DNA of 63,964 nucleotides, filler included, from Rhabdomonas costata (GCA_019059605.1; 28 parts of 28 records of this genome joined end to end with filler, not necessarily neighbours in it); one strand, 5' to 3'. Shown: positions 1 to 12,542, numbered from the whole stretch's first letter. Made by a program: numbers and translations. Notes: generated by a model not told the origin, from the sequence alone.

Positions 1-2186
1 TTAGTAAGCCCACTTCTGCATCTAGAGGTGTGGCTCTTGTGCAAGGTCGCTTTTGCCTGCAAAGAATACTTGCCAGTCTGCACTTTTGGTGTGGTTCCAA
101 CACCAAGGGCGCTTTTAGGGGGTGTTTTTCGTTTCTGCATTCTATCTTTTGTTGAAGGAAGAGAAAAACTGTGTCGCAGTCTAACATATAGTGCAACGTT
201 CAAACTGTAAAAGGGTCAAGTGTACCAATGAATGTTTCCGAAGTCTTAAGCTCTTCGGCCAACGTGGAAATCGGAAGCTGATGCCCACTCTGATAACGCC
301 TGGTGCGAACCTCGAGCACTTCCGCCGGGGTGAGAGGGCGGCCACCTGTTCAAAGACAAAAAAAACGCCGGTGCGCACACCCCACCACGAGAGAGAGAGA
401 GACAAGACATGTACAACTTTTTTTTTACACAATGGCGAACCCGTCATTGGGGTGGGGCTTATTATAGATTACTATTGTACCATGATGTTGTTGGAGGATT
501 GTGCCACGCCGCTGCAAAAAAAAAAAATCGTTATTCAGATAACAGCACGATGTGGAGCGGAAATGAGCAGCAACAGAGAGCCAGCAAAAAAGACATCCAC
601 CCACAATCTTATCTCCTCTCTGTCCCATTTCAAAAATACAAACAAAAATACATACGGGCAGGATCCTCTTCAACCATGCAGCGCATGTTGTAAGCAAGAA
701 CATCTTCAGTTGAGGGATGGTGGAAAAGAACCGCCCCTTGTGTCAAAGGGACTTGCTGAAAGCATTTGGAGAGCTGTTTCACTCTCCACAAATTGATTCC
801 TCGGGGCCCCGATGCGAATGGGAGTCCCATGCTCTTTGCTCACAACTCTCAATGCACCAAGTATTGGAAAGCACAACTAAAATAACACTGCGAAGACAGC
901 AGGCGGCTCAAGCAACCACGAAGGGCATTCTGTGTTGGAGGTGTTAAATTCCGCAGCCTCGCAGCAGCCCAAGTGCGGGGCTGGCGCCCGACATGCATAA
1001 ATGGATAAATGGATAACGTTCCAACGTTGAATAGTGCCAATATCCAACGTTGGAACTTCTATGGGGACCTTTCTAAAAATGAAAATTGAGGGGTTGGTAT
1101 AAATTTGTGAGAAACCGAATGAGATAATCGAATGAGAATGAACCCCCCTTCCCACGTTTTCGTTTGTCTACCGTTCTCCGGACTCATCCCATCCACGACC
1201 GCTCTCCATGCCCACACGGTCTGCGCTTCCCAACGCGACAGCTTTGCCTCTATAGAGGAGACCCCGGGTGTGTGTCGACCTCACTCCAGTATGCCGAGCT
1301 GATGTACGCCTGCAGTCCGTGCGCTTCTTCATTCTGCTTGCCTTGTCACTCTGTACACTTCCTACACCGTCACCACAGGCCGCATCCCTACTCTCGCCTC
1401 CGTTTTCTCCACCAAAACAACCGCTTTGGTCTGCTCCTCTTGAAGATGGCCCTCGGGCCTCTTTCCTTTCAGTCCTCCAAACCGCAGTCTTCGTTCGGCC
1501 CAGTCGATTACTTTCCAGCTGGTCCTGCTCTTCTAACCTGGCACGGCGAAATTTAGGACGCTTCCTATTTCACTCACCCTCTGGTTTTCCGCATTTTTCT
1601 TCGTCACATTTTCTCTTTATGATCACCTTGTCAGTGTAAATTATTGCAGTGCCTTTTACACAGACCCTGAACACTCTGCGCGTTCTGCTTGGTGGTGGAG
1701 CGCCGAGAGCAGCTAAAGGTCCAATAGTCTGCTGCTTTTTGCCGCGCACAGGGGGTGCGGTTAACCCCGGTGGTCGGAGAGACCACGGGAGTCTGCGGAC
1801 CCCTCTTGCAGACATTCTTGCAGAGGCTGTTCGGAGCCTACCGGTCCCGTCGTCCCCGTTCCTTAAAGGAGGAGGGAAACTCGGCAGTGTGTTGCCGGTT
1901 CTCTGTGGGTTTTGCAAAAGCGGTGGCGGCAGCTAGCCCTCTCGCCCCCCTCCCCCAAGACCGTAGCTTTAAATTTGTTGTGTCTTCGCTGTGCCGCAGT
2001 TCTTCCCACACCGCTTTCAGTCCCCCAGTTCTTCCTTTGCCCGTGCGTACTCCCTTCGCCAAACCCTACCGTACCCAACAATGTCCGCTCCGCTCGGTTT
2101 TCTTCCTTCTTCGCACGACCCGCGCTCCTCTCCCCACTCTTCCTGCCTTCTCAGCTCTTGAACTAACCACCCAACACACCCAACAA

Positions 2187-2286
2187 NNNNNNNNNNNNNN
2201 NNNNNNNNNNNNNNNNNNNNNNNNNNNNNNTTAATTAATTAANNNNNNNNNNNNNNNNNNNNNNNNNNNNNNNNNNNNNNNNNNNN
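2187..2286. other. Artificial contig-joining linker (N44-TTAATTAATTAA-N44); first of 27
   Basis: Identical 100-nt spacer with stops in all six frames. It starts at 2187, 4475, 6763, 9050, 11339, 13627, 15924, 18212, 20500, 22787, 25074, 27360, 29647, 31933, 34220, 36506, 38792, 41078, 43361, 45646, 47932, 50216, 52501, 54827, 57112, 59396 and 61681. Contigs between linkers are all ~2.18-2.23 kb, consistent with length-sorted concatenation. Confidence 0.99.
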
Positions 2287-2369
2287 GGTTTTTGTTTTCC
2301 TTTTTTGTTTTCCTTTTTTCCGTCTAGGAAAGGTTCGTTGGTTCCTTGTAGTGGTTTGGCGTGCTCCAG

Positions 2370-3257
2370 GGGCTTACGCTTCAGCGGGCCATCCAGCATG
2401 GGGTCAAGCACGCCAAGCTTCCGCTGCAGGAATACATGGACCACAGCAAAACGGACAAGGTGAGAATGGGGTGAGTTTGGTGGTGTGTGTTTTGAGCAGT
2501 TACACACACGCTCACCACGCTCACCCCTGTCCCCATTCCCTTACCTCTTCCACTAACACACCAGGCACGGATAGGTTTCGGGATATTTTTCGGGATTTCC
2601 CGCGTGTTTTTCTTTTTGGTTTGAAATTACTATATACTTTTTTAACGCGAAAGACTGATCTGCAAGATGCAAGATGAAAGTCTTTTTGCCCTTTTATTAT
2701 GCCGGATTCGGGTTTTTGAGTAGAGGTGCAGAATCCCCCAGTTTTCGGGCATAGCTTGGCTTGCAAACATGCCCATAAATATTTGCATGCCGATTTTTTC
2801 TCAAAGAAGTAGCCATTTATCATTTTGCCGTTTGCGTCGTGTTGCAAACACGGTCCAAACAGGTTTTTTCCAATTGACACCTTAACTCTCAATTAGTCTC
2901 CGTTAATGGTAAAGTCTACTAAAGGTTTTTGGTTTGGATGTAAATCCGGATGTAGACAGCATGCTGGGCAGCGATAGAGTGCCGTTGCGAGGGAGTCTGT
3001 TTGTTGTGGTTCAGTTCTCACGGGTGCTGACGGTAGACCACATGGTTGCCGTGCTGTGCGCCTTCTTGGAGACTCGGGACTGGGCCCAAGCCTTCCAGAG
3101 AGCCATCCCCTCCCGCAAGCAGGCCACCTTCTGTGGGTCAGATGGCTCCCTCTCAGAGGGCGGAGGGGAGGCCCCGCCACCCGCTGAGGAAGCAGCCTGT
3201 GTTGAGCAGAATCGGGACGGCGAACCGCACAACGGAGTGCCGCCGCCGGGGGAGTGA
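2370..3257 (+). CDS. TRM10: tRNA m1G9/m1A9 methyltransferase Trm10 family, last two exons (5'-partial)
   Basis: Exons 2370-2459 and 3015-3257, joined by GT-AG intron 2460-3014, give GLTLQRAIQHGVKHAKLPLQEYMDHSKTDK|FSRVLTVDHMVAVLCAFLETRDWAQAFQRAIPSRK. This matches the Trm10 C-terminal signature (A..LP..EY...VLTVNHV...TRDW..AF...IP.RK). Confidence 0.9.
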
Positions 3258-6200
3258 GCAACCTTCCACCAGTGACTCACCTCCCTAATTGCTACACCCC
3301 CGCCTTGGAGATCACGTGCAAAGCTCTCCAACCGCTGCGGGAAGGGTTTATTCCCGCCCTCGGGGGGTTTTCTTCATGCTGGCTGTGCCCAGGCGGCAGC
3401 GGTTTGGCCTTTTCGTACCGCCCTGGTTCAGACTCTGGACCTGAATTGCTCGCCATCTCGTGCCTTCCGCTGTCACAATCAGAGACCACTTGGAGCCTCG
3501 CGATTTCCTCACCTCGGAAAAGTTGCGTGGACCTTGGACCGTGGGCCAATGCCATGACTGAGGATCTGAGGGAACTGTGGGGAAAAACTCTCTTCCTTAG
3601 CTCTGACAGCTGTTTTCTAGTCCAGGGAAACAACGTGGTCTAAAAGGCAGAACTAAAACCTAAACATTGGACCGCTCACTGTGAATACACCTCTGTTTCA
3701 CTGCTGCTACCACCCTGATGTGGGCGATAGAAAAGGGGAGCAGGTCGGGGAAGTTCGAGGAAACTGCCCAGCTCCATGGGACCAGTTGCCGGAAGCATGT
3801 CCCTCAGAGGCTTCTACAACGGTGGAGGGGGTGCACTGCCAACGAAAAACAGATGTTTCCGTGACGGAATCACCTTTCAGAATAATACGCTCCACGTATT
3901 ATGTTGCCCTGTGCCCTTTTTTTGATCAGCGCTAAACATACCCGGTGCTCTTGTCTTCTCCTCACGGAACCAAGCTCTCCCCAGCAAGAGCAAATGATGC
4001 AGGATTGCCCCTTTGCTCCTCCCCTGCCTCCCCTAATGGCGCGGTATGCCCTGGGAGGTTCCTTTCTGCAGTACATCGACAAGCTGCTGGGGGCACTGCT
4101 GCTGCTCCGCCCTCGCAATGTCGCGGAGACCACCTCTCTGATCAGCCTGCTTCTTGTGCCCCACCCTGGGGAAGGGGAGGCAGAGAAGGGTCCGAACTCG
4201 GGACTGACTCCATGCCTGCAGCGCGGGACGGAACGGGCGGTTGCGCGCCATCTGACGTCCTGCTCGACAGAGCAGCCGCTGCAAACAATGAGAGGAAAAA
4301 AGACCTGCACGACAGAAACCAATTCAATTTGCACTGCAAGCAGAGAAAAAAGCAGCAAAAAGAAAAATATCGAACAAGAGCAAAAAGGCTCTCGTCACAG
4401 ACCAACAGCGCAAACACACACAACCACTTTCGCGCGCCACCGGAGCTGCTTTTGCTGCTTCTGAACCACCACACNNNNNNNNNNNNNNNNNNNNNNNNNN
4501 NNNNNNNNNNNNNNNNNNTTAATTAATTAANNNNNNNNNNNNNNNNNNNNNNNNNNNNNNNNNNNNNNNNNNNNGTGTTGGTGTGTTTGGTGTTTTGTTG
4601 TCCAAAAAATGAGACACTTTAGGACTTCACCGAGGTTTTTCGGGGGGAGGAGGAGAAAAATCTAACCTGTGTTGCAAACAACGGAGACACCAGAGGTATC
4701 CCAAAACTTCTTTTAAAAGCCCCGTTTCAGTGGTCAGCCTGCCCCTCGTTGGGGTCGGAATTTCCACAGCCGCCTCTACCGAGCCCCGCCCTCCGACCGC
4801 TCTGCTCCACAAAACAGGGGGAGTGTAAGTGAGGGTGAAAGGGGAGAAGTTGGAGCTGATCTCATTCGATGCGATACTGGAGTGAGTGACGTCGTCGACC
4901 CGGCGGAGTGGATGAGTCGTTATCAGCTGCCTTTTGGACGCTCTTTGTCGGGTTCTGTGTCGGGTTTTTTGATTATAGCCTTTTTTCCTTTGAGCATTTC
5001 CGGGACAAGGGAGACCAGAGGTCAACAACGTCGGGCCACGACTCACAAACAAGCCTCGCTGACCCGCTGCACGAGGCTCGCATCCAAGCGCGCACCGGCT
5101 TGCTGACACACCGGTGCTTCAAGCCACGACACCTCCGACCCCTTCGCAGTTCGCAGGACTCCCACTGCAACCAATGAAAAAACCCGACCACTCTCGCTTT
5201 ATATCCTGACTCAAACAACACCTGCCGTACCCTGCCGCCCTCCCCGTGCATAATGTAAACCCTGTGAGCGCTGCCTTTAGGGTGTGTGAGGTACACACGT
5301 GTCCGTGGTTGCTTCTTTCTTGCCCCTAGGCAAAACGGAAGTTTTCGGACAAAAAATTAACCAGTTTTTTCCCGTCGGCAGATTAAGTATAACCAAGGTT
5401 ATATAGTATAACCAATTTACAACCACTGATTATAACCAACCAGGTTTTTGTTACAGTCCTGGTGCATCTGTGGGGTTGATGTCGATCATTCGCATCTGAA
5501 CTCGCATAATTGGTCGGGATCTGCGGGCTCTGAGATGGGATTTGCGGGGTGCGGGATGACGGGACGATGTGTGAAGTGGGGGGAGGATGAGCTTGAAGAA
5601 GGCGAGATGGTGGGATGGATATGGGTGAAAGGGGGCAGTGAGCGGGAAAAAACAGTCTAATTGCGACGAAACGAGAAAGAGATTAAAGTAAAGATGAAAA
5701 AGACGCGCGGAATGAACCCCCAAAATTGCGTCAATGCGAAGTTGAAACCAAAACCGAGCCGACCAGAAGGCTGCAACACAACAACACGGTGGGTTTTCAC
5801 AAGTAAAAGCCGACCTTACAAACACAGAAAACGTTCAAGGGCAAGCGCATACATGATGATGCCTTCCACCGGTGTTGCCCATCTACGAGGAAAGCTAAGT
5901 CAATGACGAGAAAGTCTGTCGGCTGTTGGGCAAAGAAGGTGGACAAGAAGGAAAAAGTGTGCAACCAAGGCTTCAGGAGAACATATAAAAAACCGAATCT
6001 AAAGAATCTCAGGATGCTAGACGAGGCTGAAGCAGGTGGACAAATCCAGAAAGAAACCCTATGGCAGGCCTATGCCTGGGTTAAGATACGGTGTCCCACG
6101 TGGCCTGGTTGACCTTGCACAGTCACAGTGAACGTGCACAGTCAAAACCTCCTTGGGACCGGGTGAATGCTGTTCTTTTTTTTCTGAGACAACGGGAATC

Positions 6201-6862
6201 GCTGGCTCATTTGTTCTGCGGTGCGCGTTCATGAAGGGTCGGTGCTGTTCAAATGTCGTAGCACGTCTAAGGTTCATCCAGTGGCGGATACTGACCTATA
6301 CCAAATCGAGTCCTCCCCAATAAGGGGCCCACAGGCAGCTCCAGGAAACGTTCCATTGACAATAGGTGGGTATGGAACCACCCACGCAAAAATGGTCCAA
6401 GGGATTACTCTGCGCCGACACCAGCGGCTACAGATTCTCCAGGTCCTCATTTTCTTTCACCATTTTGTTTCTCATTTTTGTTTTGATTATGATTATGGTT
6501 TTCAACAAAAGCAGTGCAGTCCCGAAATTACAATGGCTCACCAAATGCATACCCTGATAAAATCCATCCATTACCAGAGGTCATTCTGGAACGGATGTAA
6601 CGTCCCCAAGAGTCCTCCAAAAAACCCAAAGATGGTTCACTATTCACAGCGACCAAAGACAGCTCGGAGTCCCTGGAAGCGAGACACACAGAACAAGAGA
6701 AGGAGGCAGCCACGCAGCCATGCAGTCAGCCTCGTACCATTGCCCATCAAATCGAGTGCACTNNNNNNNNNNNNNNNNNNNNNNNNNNNNNNNNNNNNNN
6801 NNNNNNTTAATTAATTAANNNNNNNNNNNNNNNNNNNNNNNNNNNNNNNNNNNNNNNNNNNN

Positions 6863-9049
6863 GGGTTGGTGGCAGCCGATGGAATAGCAATGCGTGCGCC
6901 TGCTCTGGCCAGGGCCACCGGCTGCAACCATTCCCCCGACCGCGGGCTGGGAGCCCGCACTGCGGTGTAAGGCCCAGGCACTGCCGCTGGGAAAGGAATC
7001 CCCATGATCGCCGCTGTTTCGCGGGCGCAAGGTAGCATCAGTGGACTCGACCATGTTTACGCTACTGCTCAGCTGTAAGCGCGGAGAAAAGTGCAGAAGA
7101 GCGAGTGATTGAACAGTTGCTCTGGTCAGCGTTTGCTTCACCTTTTGTCCTCTCCATTTTCAGGTCATGCCCAGTTCTAGTGGGGTTTGCTCTCTTGACT
7201 GTATTATATGTGGTGGGGTGCCTGCATTAGAAGGTCGTGGCAAACCCTGTCGGCTCTATTTCGTCTTTCTTTTCGGAGTCCCCGCGACTTTGCTGGGTAG
7301 CCGGTGGAGCAGTGCGGGGTGTAGTACTCGCATTACACAGACGAGTGCATGAAGATAGTTGCGTAAAAGTGGTGGCAATGGCTATGCAAAATGAAAATAC
7401 CGATTCTCGGAAAGTACCCAGGATCTTCATTTCCATTGAAATCCCAGGGGGCACGGGCATCGCCTCCTCACCCCCTGCAAAAGCTTCAATTTGAATCCCA
7501 GCGGGAACGTGACTCACTGCTCTTAGCGAAAAGTAAAGCAAAAAGCGAGTAAAGTCGCAACCAACGCAAAAATATCGGGGGTGGGGGCGTACCACGGCCA
7601 CAGTGCGGATTTGGCACTGTGGCAGTGTGGCACTGTATTGGCAGCTTTAGCCACCTTCCTATTGCCATGTCACATCGCTCGCATCCTCGTACTTTACATC
7701 TCACGACAAGCCCGACTGCAAATTCCTGCAAAGCCTCGTATGAGGCTGACCCAAGAGGAACCCGTTCTCTGCCCCAATCTCGCCCCATTCCTCTGCATTG
7801 GCCTGCAAGTGGTGGTTTCCGGTGAGCCATGTTGCTCTCCTTTGGATGGCTGCTGGTCGTACTACGAGCTGCGGTGGCCCTACCAGGCTTAGGATGGGCA
7901 AGCCTGGCCCGTTGCTGGGCTTCCCTTTGGCCACAGTCGTCCACCACCGCACGACTGTGAGCTCTTCCCATTCTGGCGTAGCTGCTCCATCCCTCTTCTA
8001 CTTGAACCTCAGGCAATCGGTACCACCCTCAAAACTGGAATCGTGTACAAGGACCGCCCATGGCGTCTTTTAATCCCTTGCAAACTTCCCTTTTGAACGG
8101 GTCACTTTCCACTGGCAAACTTCAGGAAATCACAGAGCTTAAAACGTAAACGGCAGGGTTCATCGACCAGGAATTCGCTGGTCACGCTGGCAGCGGGTAC
8201 CTTCCTCCGGCACACATTACACCTTACAAGTCCCCGTGACCACAACCATATACAGAAGCACACAAAAATGCATCCTTTGAGTTGTTACAACTCGGCGTAG
8301 AGGCGCAGGCATGATAAGCTGCCAGAAAACCCTGAAAACTGGCGATTGGAACACAGGTGGGATGTCATACATAGGAGGATGGATGGGTACTGCTGAAAGC
8401 CCCCACCCCGCGTCCCATAACGACGGAAATAGAATTGAAGTGCACTCACTTGAGCTTCGTCGGGCTTGATCGGGACCCCTTCATCATCGGGGCTGTCGTA
8501 TGGGCCGTTGGTCTCGTCCCCACGAGCCTGCAGCTGCTGCTGCAGGGCCTGCGGGATGTACCTCCGGACTCTGCGGAGGCTTTGCAGTATCCTTAGGCAG
8601 GACAGCTGTGTCGTGGTGGGTCCTAGCCCGCAGAAGACGGTCTCGCTCATAACATGCAGCTCAAAAACCATAAACCCATGAATGGTTGATTGGTCCCAGG
8701 CATCCAATGCAAAGCCTCCCACCCCAACCCCACCCACGCTCACGCACAAATTCAAAACCAGGTTGAGGTAGTATTTTCTTGCTTGAGCATAGTTTGAAAC
8801 CGCTCTCCAGAATCAGGCACGGCCAAAGCGCGGGTTAGGGCACCAAAGGTGGCACACGTCACCAGTCAACATCCTAACTGACAACCAGTGGTAACGCTGC
8901 ACAGTCGGGAGCGACGTTCAACAACAGCAGATCTGTCCCTTGCTTAAACAACAGCTAAACAATAGTCACAAGTGCCTCGATCGTCTCCAGAAACGCCAGC
9001 TTCTCCAAATCAAACGTCGCGATCGCCGCGCTCAGCTCCACCACCACCT
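6863..9049 (-). CDS. Multi-exon fragment, probable membrane-proximal helical region of a receptor-type adenylate/guanylate cyclase-like protein (partial, catalytic domain not seen)
   Basis: Exon-like blocks: ~8976-9047 VVVELSAAIATFDLEKLAFLETIE; ~8450-8622 PTTTQLSCLRILQSLRRVRRYIPQAL...EAQ|GTGAGT; ~6863-7072 after a CAG acceptor. The 'A..FDL....L...P...Q....I...L...R.YIP..L' pattern resembles, from memory, the segment preceding the cyclase domain in euglenid/diplonemid cyclases. The first junction is not cleanly in frame. Confidence 0.45.
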
Positions 9050-9149
9050 NNNNNNNNNNNNNNNNNNNNNNNNNNNNNNNNNNNNNNNNNNNNTTAATTA
9101 ATTAANNNNNNNNNNNNNNNNNNNNNNNNNNNNNNNNNNNNNNNNNNNN

Positions 9150-10960
9150 TGCATGTTTAACCAAGTGCACTGCTATAGGTCTGGCGACAGATGGTCCAGA
9201 GATGAGGATGTCTGCTGGAATAAGGCCTGGTCGTGGAGGCATGGGAACCTTAGTCTGCGTAGAAAAGCCCAAATGCGCTACTGCGGCACACGCCACAGAG
9301 AGGAGGAGGTAACGGTGCGTGCCCTGGACAAGGAAGCGTACGTATCCATTTCAGTCCCGCGTGGTATTCCTTCCCGGATCGGCGTTTGGAAAAGCAAGAA
9401 CCCAGGGAGTCCAGGAGGTGGCGTGCGGACTTGGTACGGCTGCAGGCCCTGCAGCATGGTGCGGTTAGGAGGGCCCAAAAAGAATCGCATCAAACGTGCT
9501 TTTCAGGCGGGATGTCGGAGTCCGGGTTGCCAAAAATCCTGCGTGGCTTCAACGAATTCCATCGAATATGGTCGCAGGTCAAGAATGAAGATGTTCACCA
9601 ACCTTTGGCGCCATAGGAGGACCCATATGATCGCTGTTGTTGCCGCTCGTCATGTTTGAAGGTCAGCAAAATGCCCGGAAGATCCCATCAAGCTGCTCCA
9701 CAGCGGATGGTTGGCATTAACGCGCCGGAATGTCAGGCAAGTTTTTTGTGGGATGCCGGACAATGAATTGAATGGCGTGAAAACTGGTGTTCTGGTGTAT
9801 CAGCCGGGCCGATAAGTCAGTCGAAGACAATCCCAACCAACACCGGGGACGCCGCACACTATGCAGACGGTGCTATTTGGGGCAAATTGTGTTAATTGGG
9901 GCAAACGGGGAGTGGGGCTTGTGCCGTAATATGAATGTTGTGATGCAGGAAATGTGCAAACATACGCTTGCAATCGCAGACAATCCCTTCAGTTTATTCA
10001 AATGATCGCAGGTACGAATTTGACGCGAGCTGTTGCAGTAGTTGCCGAGGGGCAAACAAAGCAAGAAGCTTCATAGCTCGCTCTTGCTACCTTAAGCCGT
10101 GGATATAAAGGGTCACCATGTTCACATCTGAGCAGTAAGTTGAAGCGTGAGGGCACAGAAACAAGTCCACAGGCAGGCATGCGCTTCATCACCAACATCA
10201 GACGCGCCGCTGTGCAGCGTGAATATAAACATCCCAAGGACCGCGCATTGGACTCACGACGGCACCTACTGGCGGCGGCAAGGTCCAAGGTCCCCCCAGA
10301 GCGCCACAAGCCGCAGCAAACGTAAAAGAGGGGGACAGCACAACAGCGCACTGGGCAACTGTTTGGAAGTATGGAACGCCACTGAAAGGAAAAATTACGC
10401 GCGAACCTTTTAGGGCACGCATATCGTAGAAAAGCACTACAATTCTGATTGAGGTCATCGCATCATGTCGTCGTGTCGTCACAAAAAATGGTTCTATGTG
10501 GGTAAAAGGAAGGGAAAAGCCGCGTTAGACGTGGCAACCATGTTCACGACCAACAGCGATGGAAGCCGTGGCATTCGAGCCATACAACACGATACCTTGT
10601 TGAGACCACATCCCCGAGGCAGATTGAAGAGGAAGAGAGCACGCAACAGAGGAGGAGGAGGAGTAGGAGGGTTGGTGGCTGCTCACTTGCGGTCGAGGTG
10701 GATCACCCCGTCCCATGGTTCGGTACGGTGGCCGTTGAGATACTCCTCACAGCGCGAGAGCAGCATCGCTGAGGGTCCGTCACCAGGGCATACCCGAAGT
10801 GCCATCGTGAGCCACGTCCGAGCGAGCTCCAAGTTTCCCGAAGCAAACTCCAGCAGACCCTGAGAACGACAGCCATGGCCAACGTTTCTTCGGGATGGGG
10901 ACTATCGATGCACCTTTTGACATGGATCCCGCTTGAGGAAGCCATGTGATGTGGGAAAAC
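9150..10960 (-). mobile_element. Decayed CRE-clade (RLE-type) non-LTR retrotransposon
   Basis: Frameshifted motifs in the expected order on the minus strand: (RP)IAVG ~10549-10560; HGDPLYP (RT QGDPL) 10100-10120; IVCGVP (VLGVP) ~9845-9862; SPHATSW..VLAFP (PHAxAWLxAxP) ~9390-9432; GTEMDTY (zinc-knuckle remnant) ~9338-9358; PADILI...RPIAV (restriction-like endonuclease) ~9168-9218. Boundaries are approximate. Confidence 0.6.
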
Positions 10961-11468
10961 AATGATCACCACTGGACGCCCTTCGAACGTAAGAACTCAC
11001 GTCCACAAGGTTAAAAACTCACATACACACCCAACAAGCCACACATGTCACCCGTATCTAGTATATGTATACCTTCTCGAAGTTTTCGGCGAGACGAATG
11101 AGCGCAGTCCGGGGGACGACCTTCCACTGGTGCACCAAAGCGTCCTCTGCAGCAACGAACGAGGAGCACAGCGGCAGGGTCGAGCTGGAGCCCGAGTTGG
11201 CGCGGTACAGCACTGCACAAAAATAATACCAGAGTCAGATGAACTGGACCAGTTACCACAGACACACCCACACACACAACACAAGCGGCTGGGATTATGG
11301 GGGGGCGCAAAGCAAAAAAACCCAAACACACCCACCACNNNNNNNNNNNNNNNNNNNNNNNNNNNNNNNNNNNNNNNNNNNNTTAATTAATTAANNNNNN
11401 NNNNNNNNNNNNNNNNNNNNNNNNNNNNNNNNNNNNNNGGGTTGTTGGCCAGAGGCGGATCCTGCAAG

Positions 11469-12542
11469 ATGGGAGCTCGGTTTCCAGGTCTCGGTGGTCG
11501 GCCCCTTCTCGTGGGGCTGCTGACCGTTCTTTGGGATACCATCCTGGTCGCACAATCTGTCTCTGGCCTGGAACCCTGGACGATGTCAGATTTCACTCGA
11601 TGCTTTCACCTCGCCATGGCCTTGAAGCGCAGGCCCCCCTCCTGTCGGTATCCCCCGCGGAGCTACCGCAATCCAGAAACTCCAGAGACTCTCTCCGCTC
11701 AGGAATTTCCTGTGAGCAAGCTCATGGTGGTGGCCCACGGGGACGACGAGAGCATCTTTGGGGGCGCCGCGTTGCTTGCCTCGCCACGGTCTGTGCGGTG
11801 GGTGGTGCTGTGCGCGACGTGCGCGGTGGCGATGCGGTACCGGGAGTTCAGGGCTGCGGTCAGGGCGGGTTCTCGGGGCACTGCCACTCCTGTCAGGCTG
11901 GGGCTGCCTGACCTGTACCTTCAGCCCTGGGGTCGGTCCGATCAGAGAAAGTTTGCAAGAGCGATGACGGCACTTCTGGCATCACGGAATTTCTCCGCAG
12001 TGGTAACCCACAACCACAGGTGCGTTCTTCTTCTGGGTCCGTTCGCAGCCTTGCATGCATTGTTTATAGGTTACGGTCCGAAAATTCGGTGCGGTGGGTT
12101 TCGGTTGGTTCCAGGTTGTTGTATGCTTGCGAATCAAACGCGCAATTATCAGTCCTGTCTTGAGACGTGGGTTGGAAGGCCATATCCTGGCCGTGTTTAG
12201 GACGTGGAGGATGCCTCCAGATTTCTGAATGCATTGGTTTGGTTCCTTTATGTTCCTGCTATGTCGGTGAAGGCCATCATAAGCAATACTGCCCTGTTGC
12301 TTTGCAGCGGCGAGTACGGGCATCCCCTACACAAGCAGCTGTTTCAGCTGGTGGCCTCCGTGGAACCTCGTCCCACCCTTTATGTTTTCACCGCACTCAA
12401 CACCACCGTTCCTGGAGAGGATCTTCCCAGGCTGCCGCTTGCCAGGACGCAGGCACGAAGCTGGCGCAAGCTCGGGCGGCGTTCCGAATGCGCGGTGATG
12501 TTTTCTAAGCAGTTCAGGCCGTTCACAGCGCCTATTACATAA
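11469..12542 (+). CDS. PIG-L/LmbE-family N-deacetylase with an N-terminal hydrophobic segment; two exons, apparently complete
   Basis: Exons 11469-12019 and 12308-12542 (GT-AG intron 12020-12307). Motifs LMVVAHGDDESIFGG, RYREF and VVTHNHS|GEYGHPLH correspond to the family's AHPDDE, RxxE and T(H)...GxYGHxxH motifs. Confidence 0.85.

Noticed and set aside
4575-4600. TG-rich/CA-rich contig ends as telomeres of gene-sized nanochromosomes
   Set aside because: The polarity is opposite to telomeres (the G/T strand is at the 5' ends), there is no fixed repeat unit, and genes are cut mid-exon. Primer-derived ends fit better.
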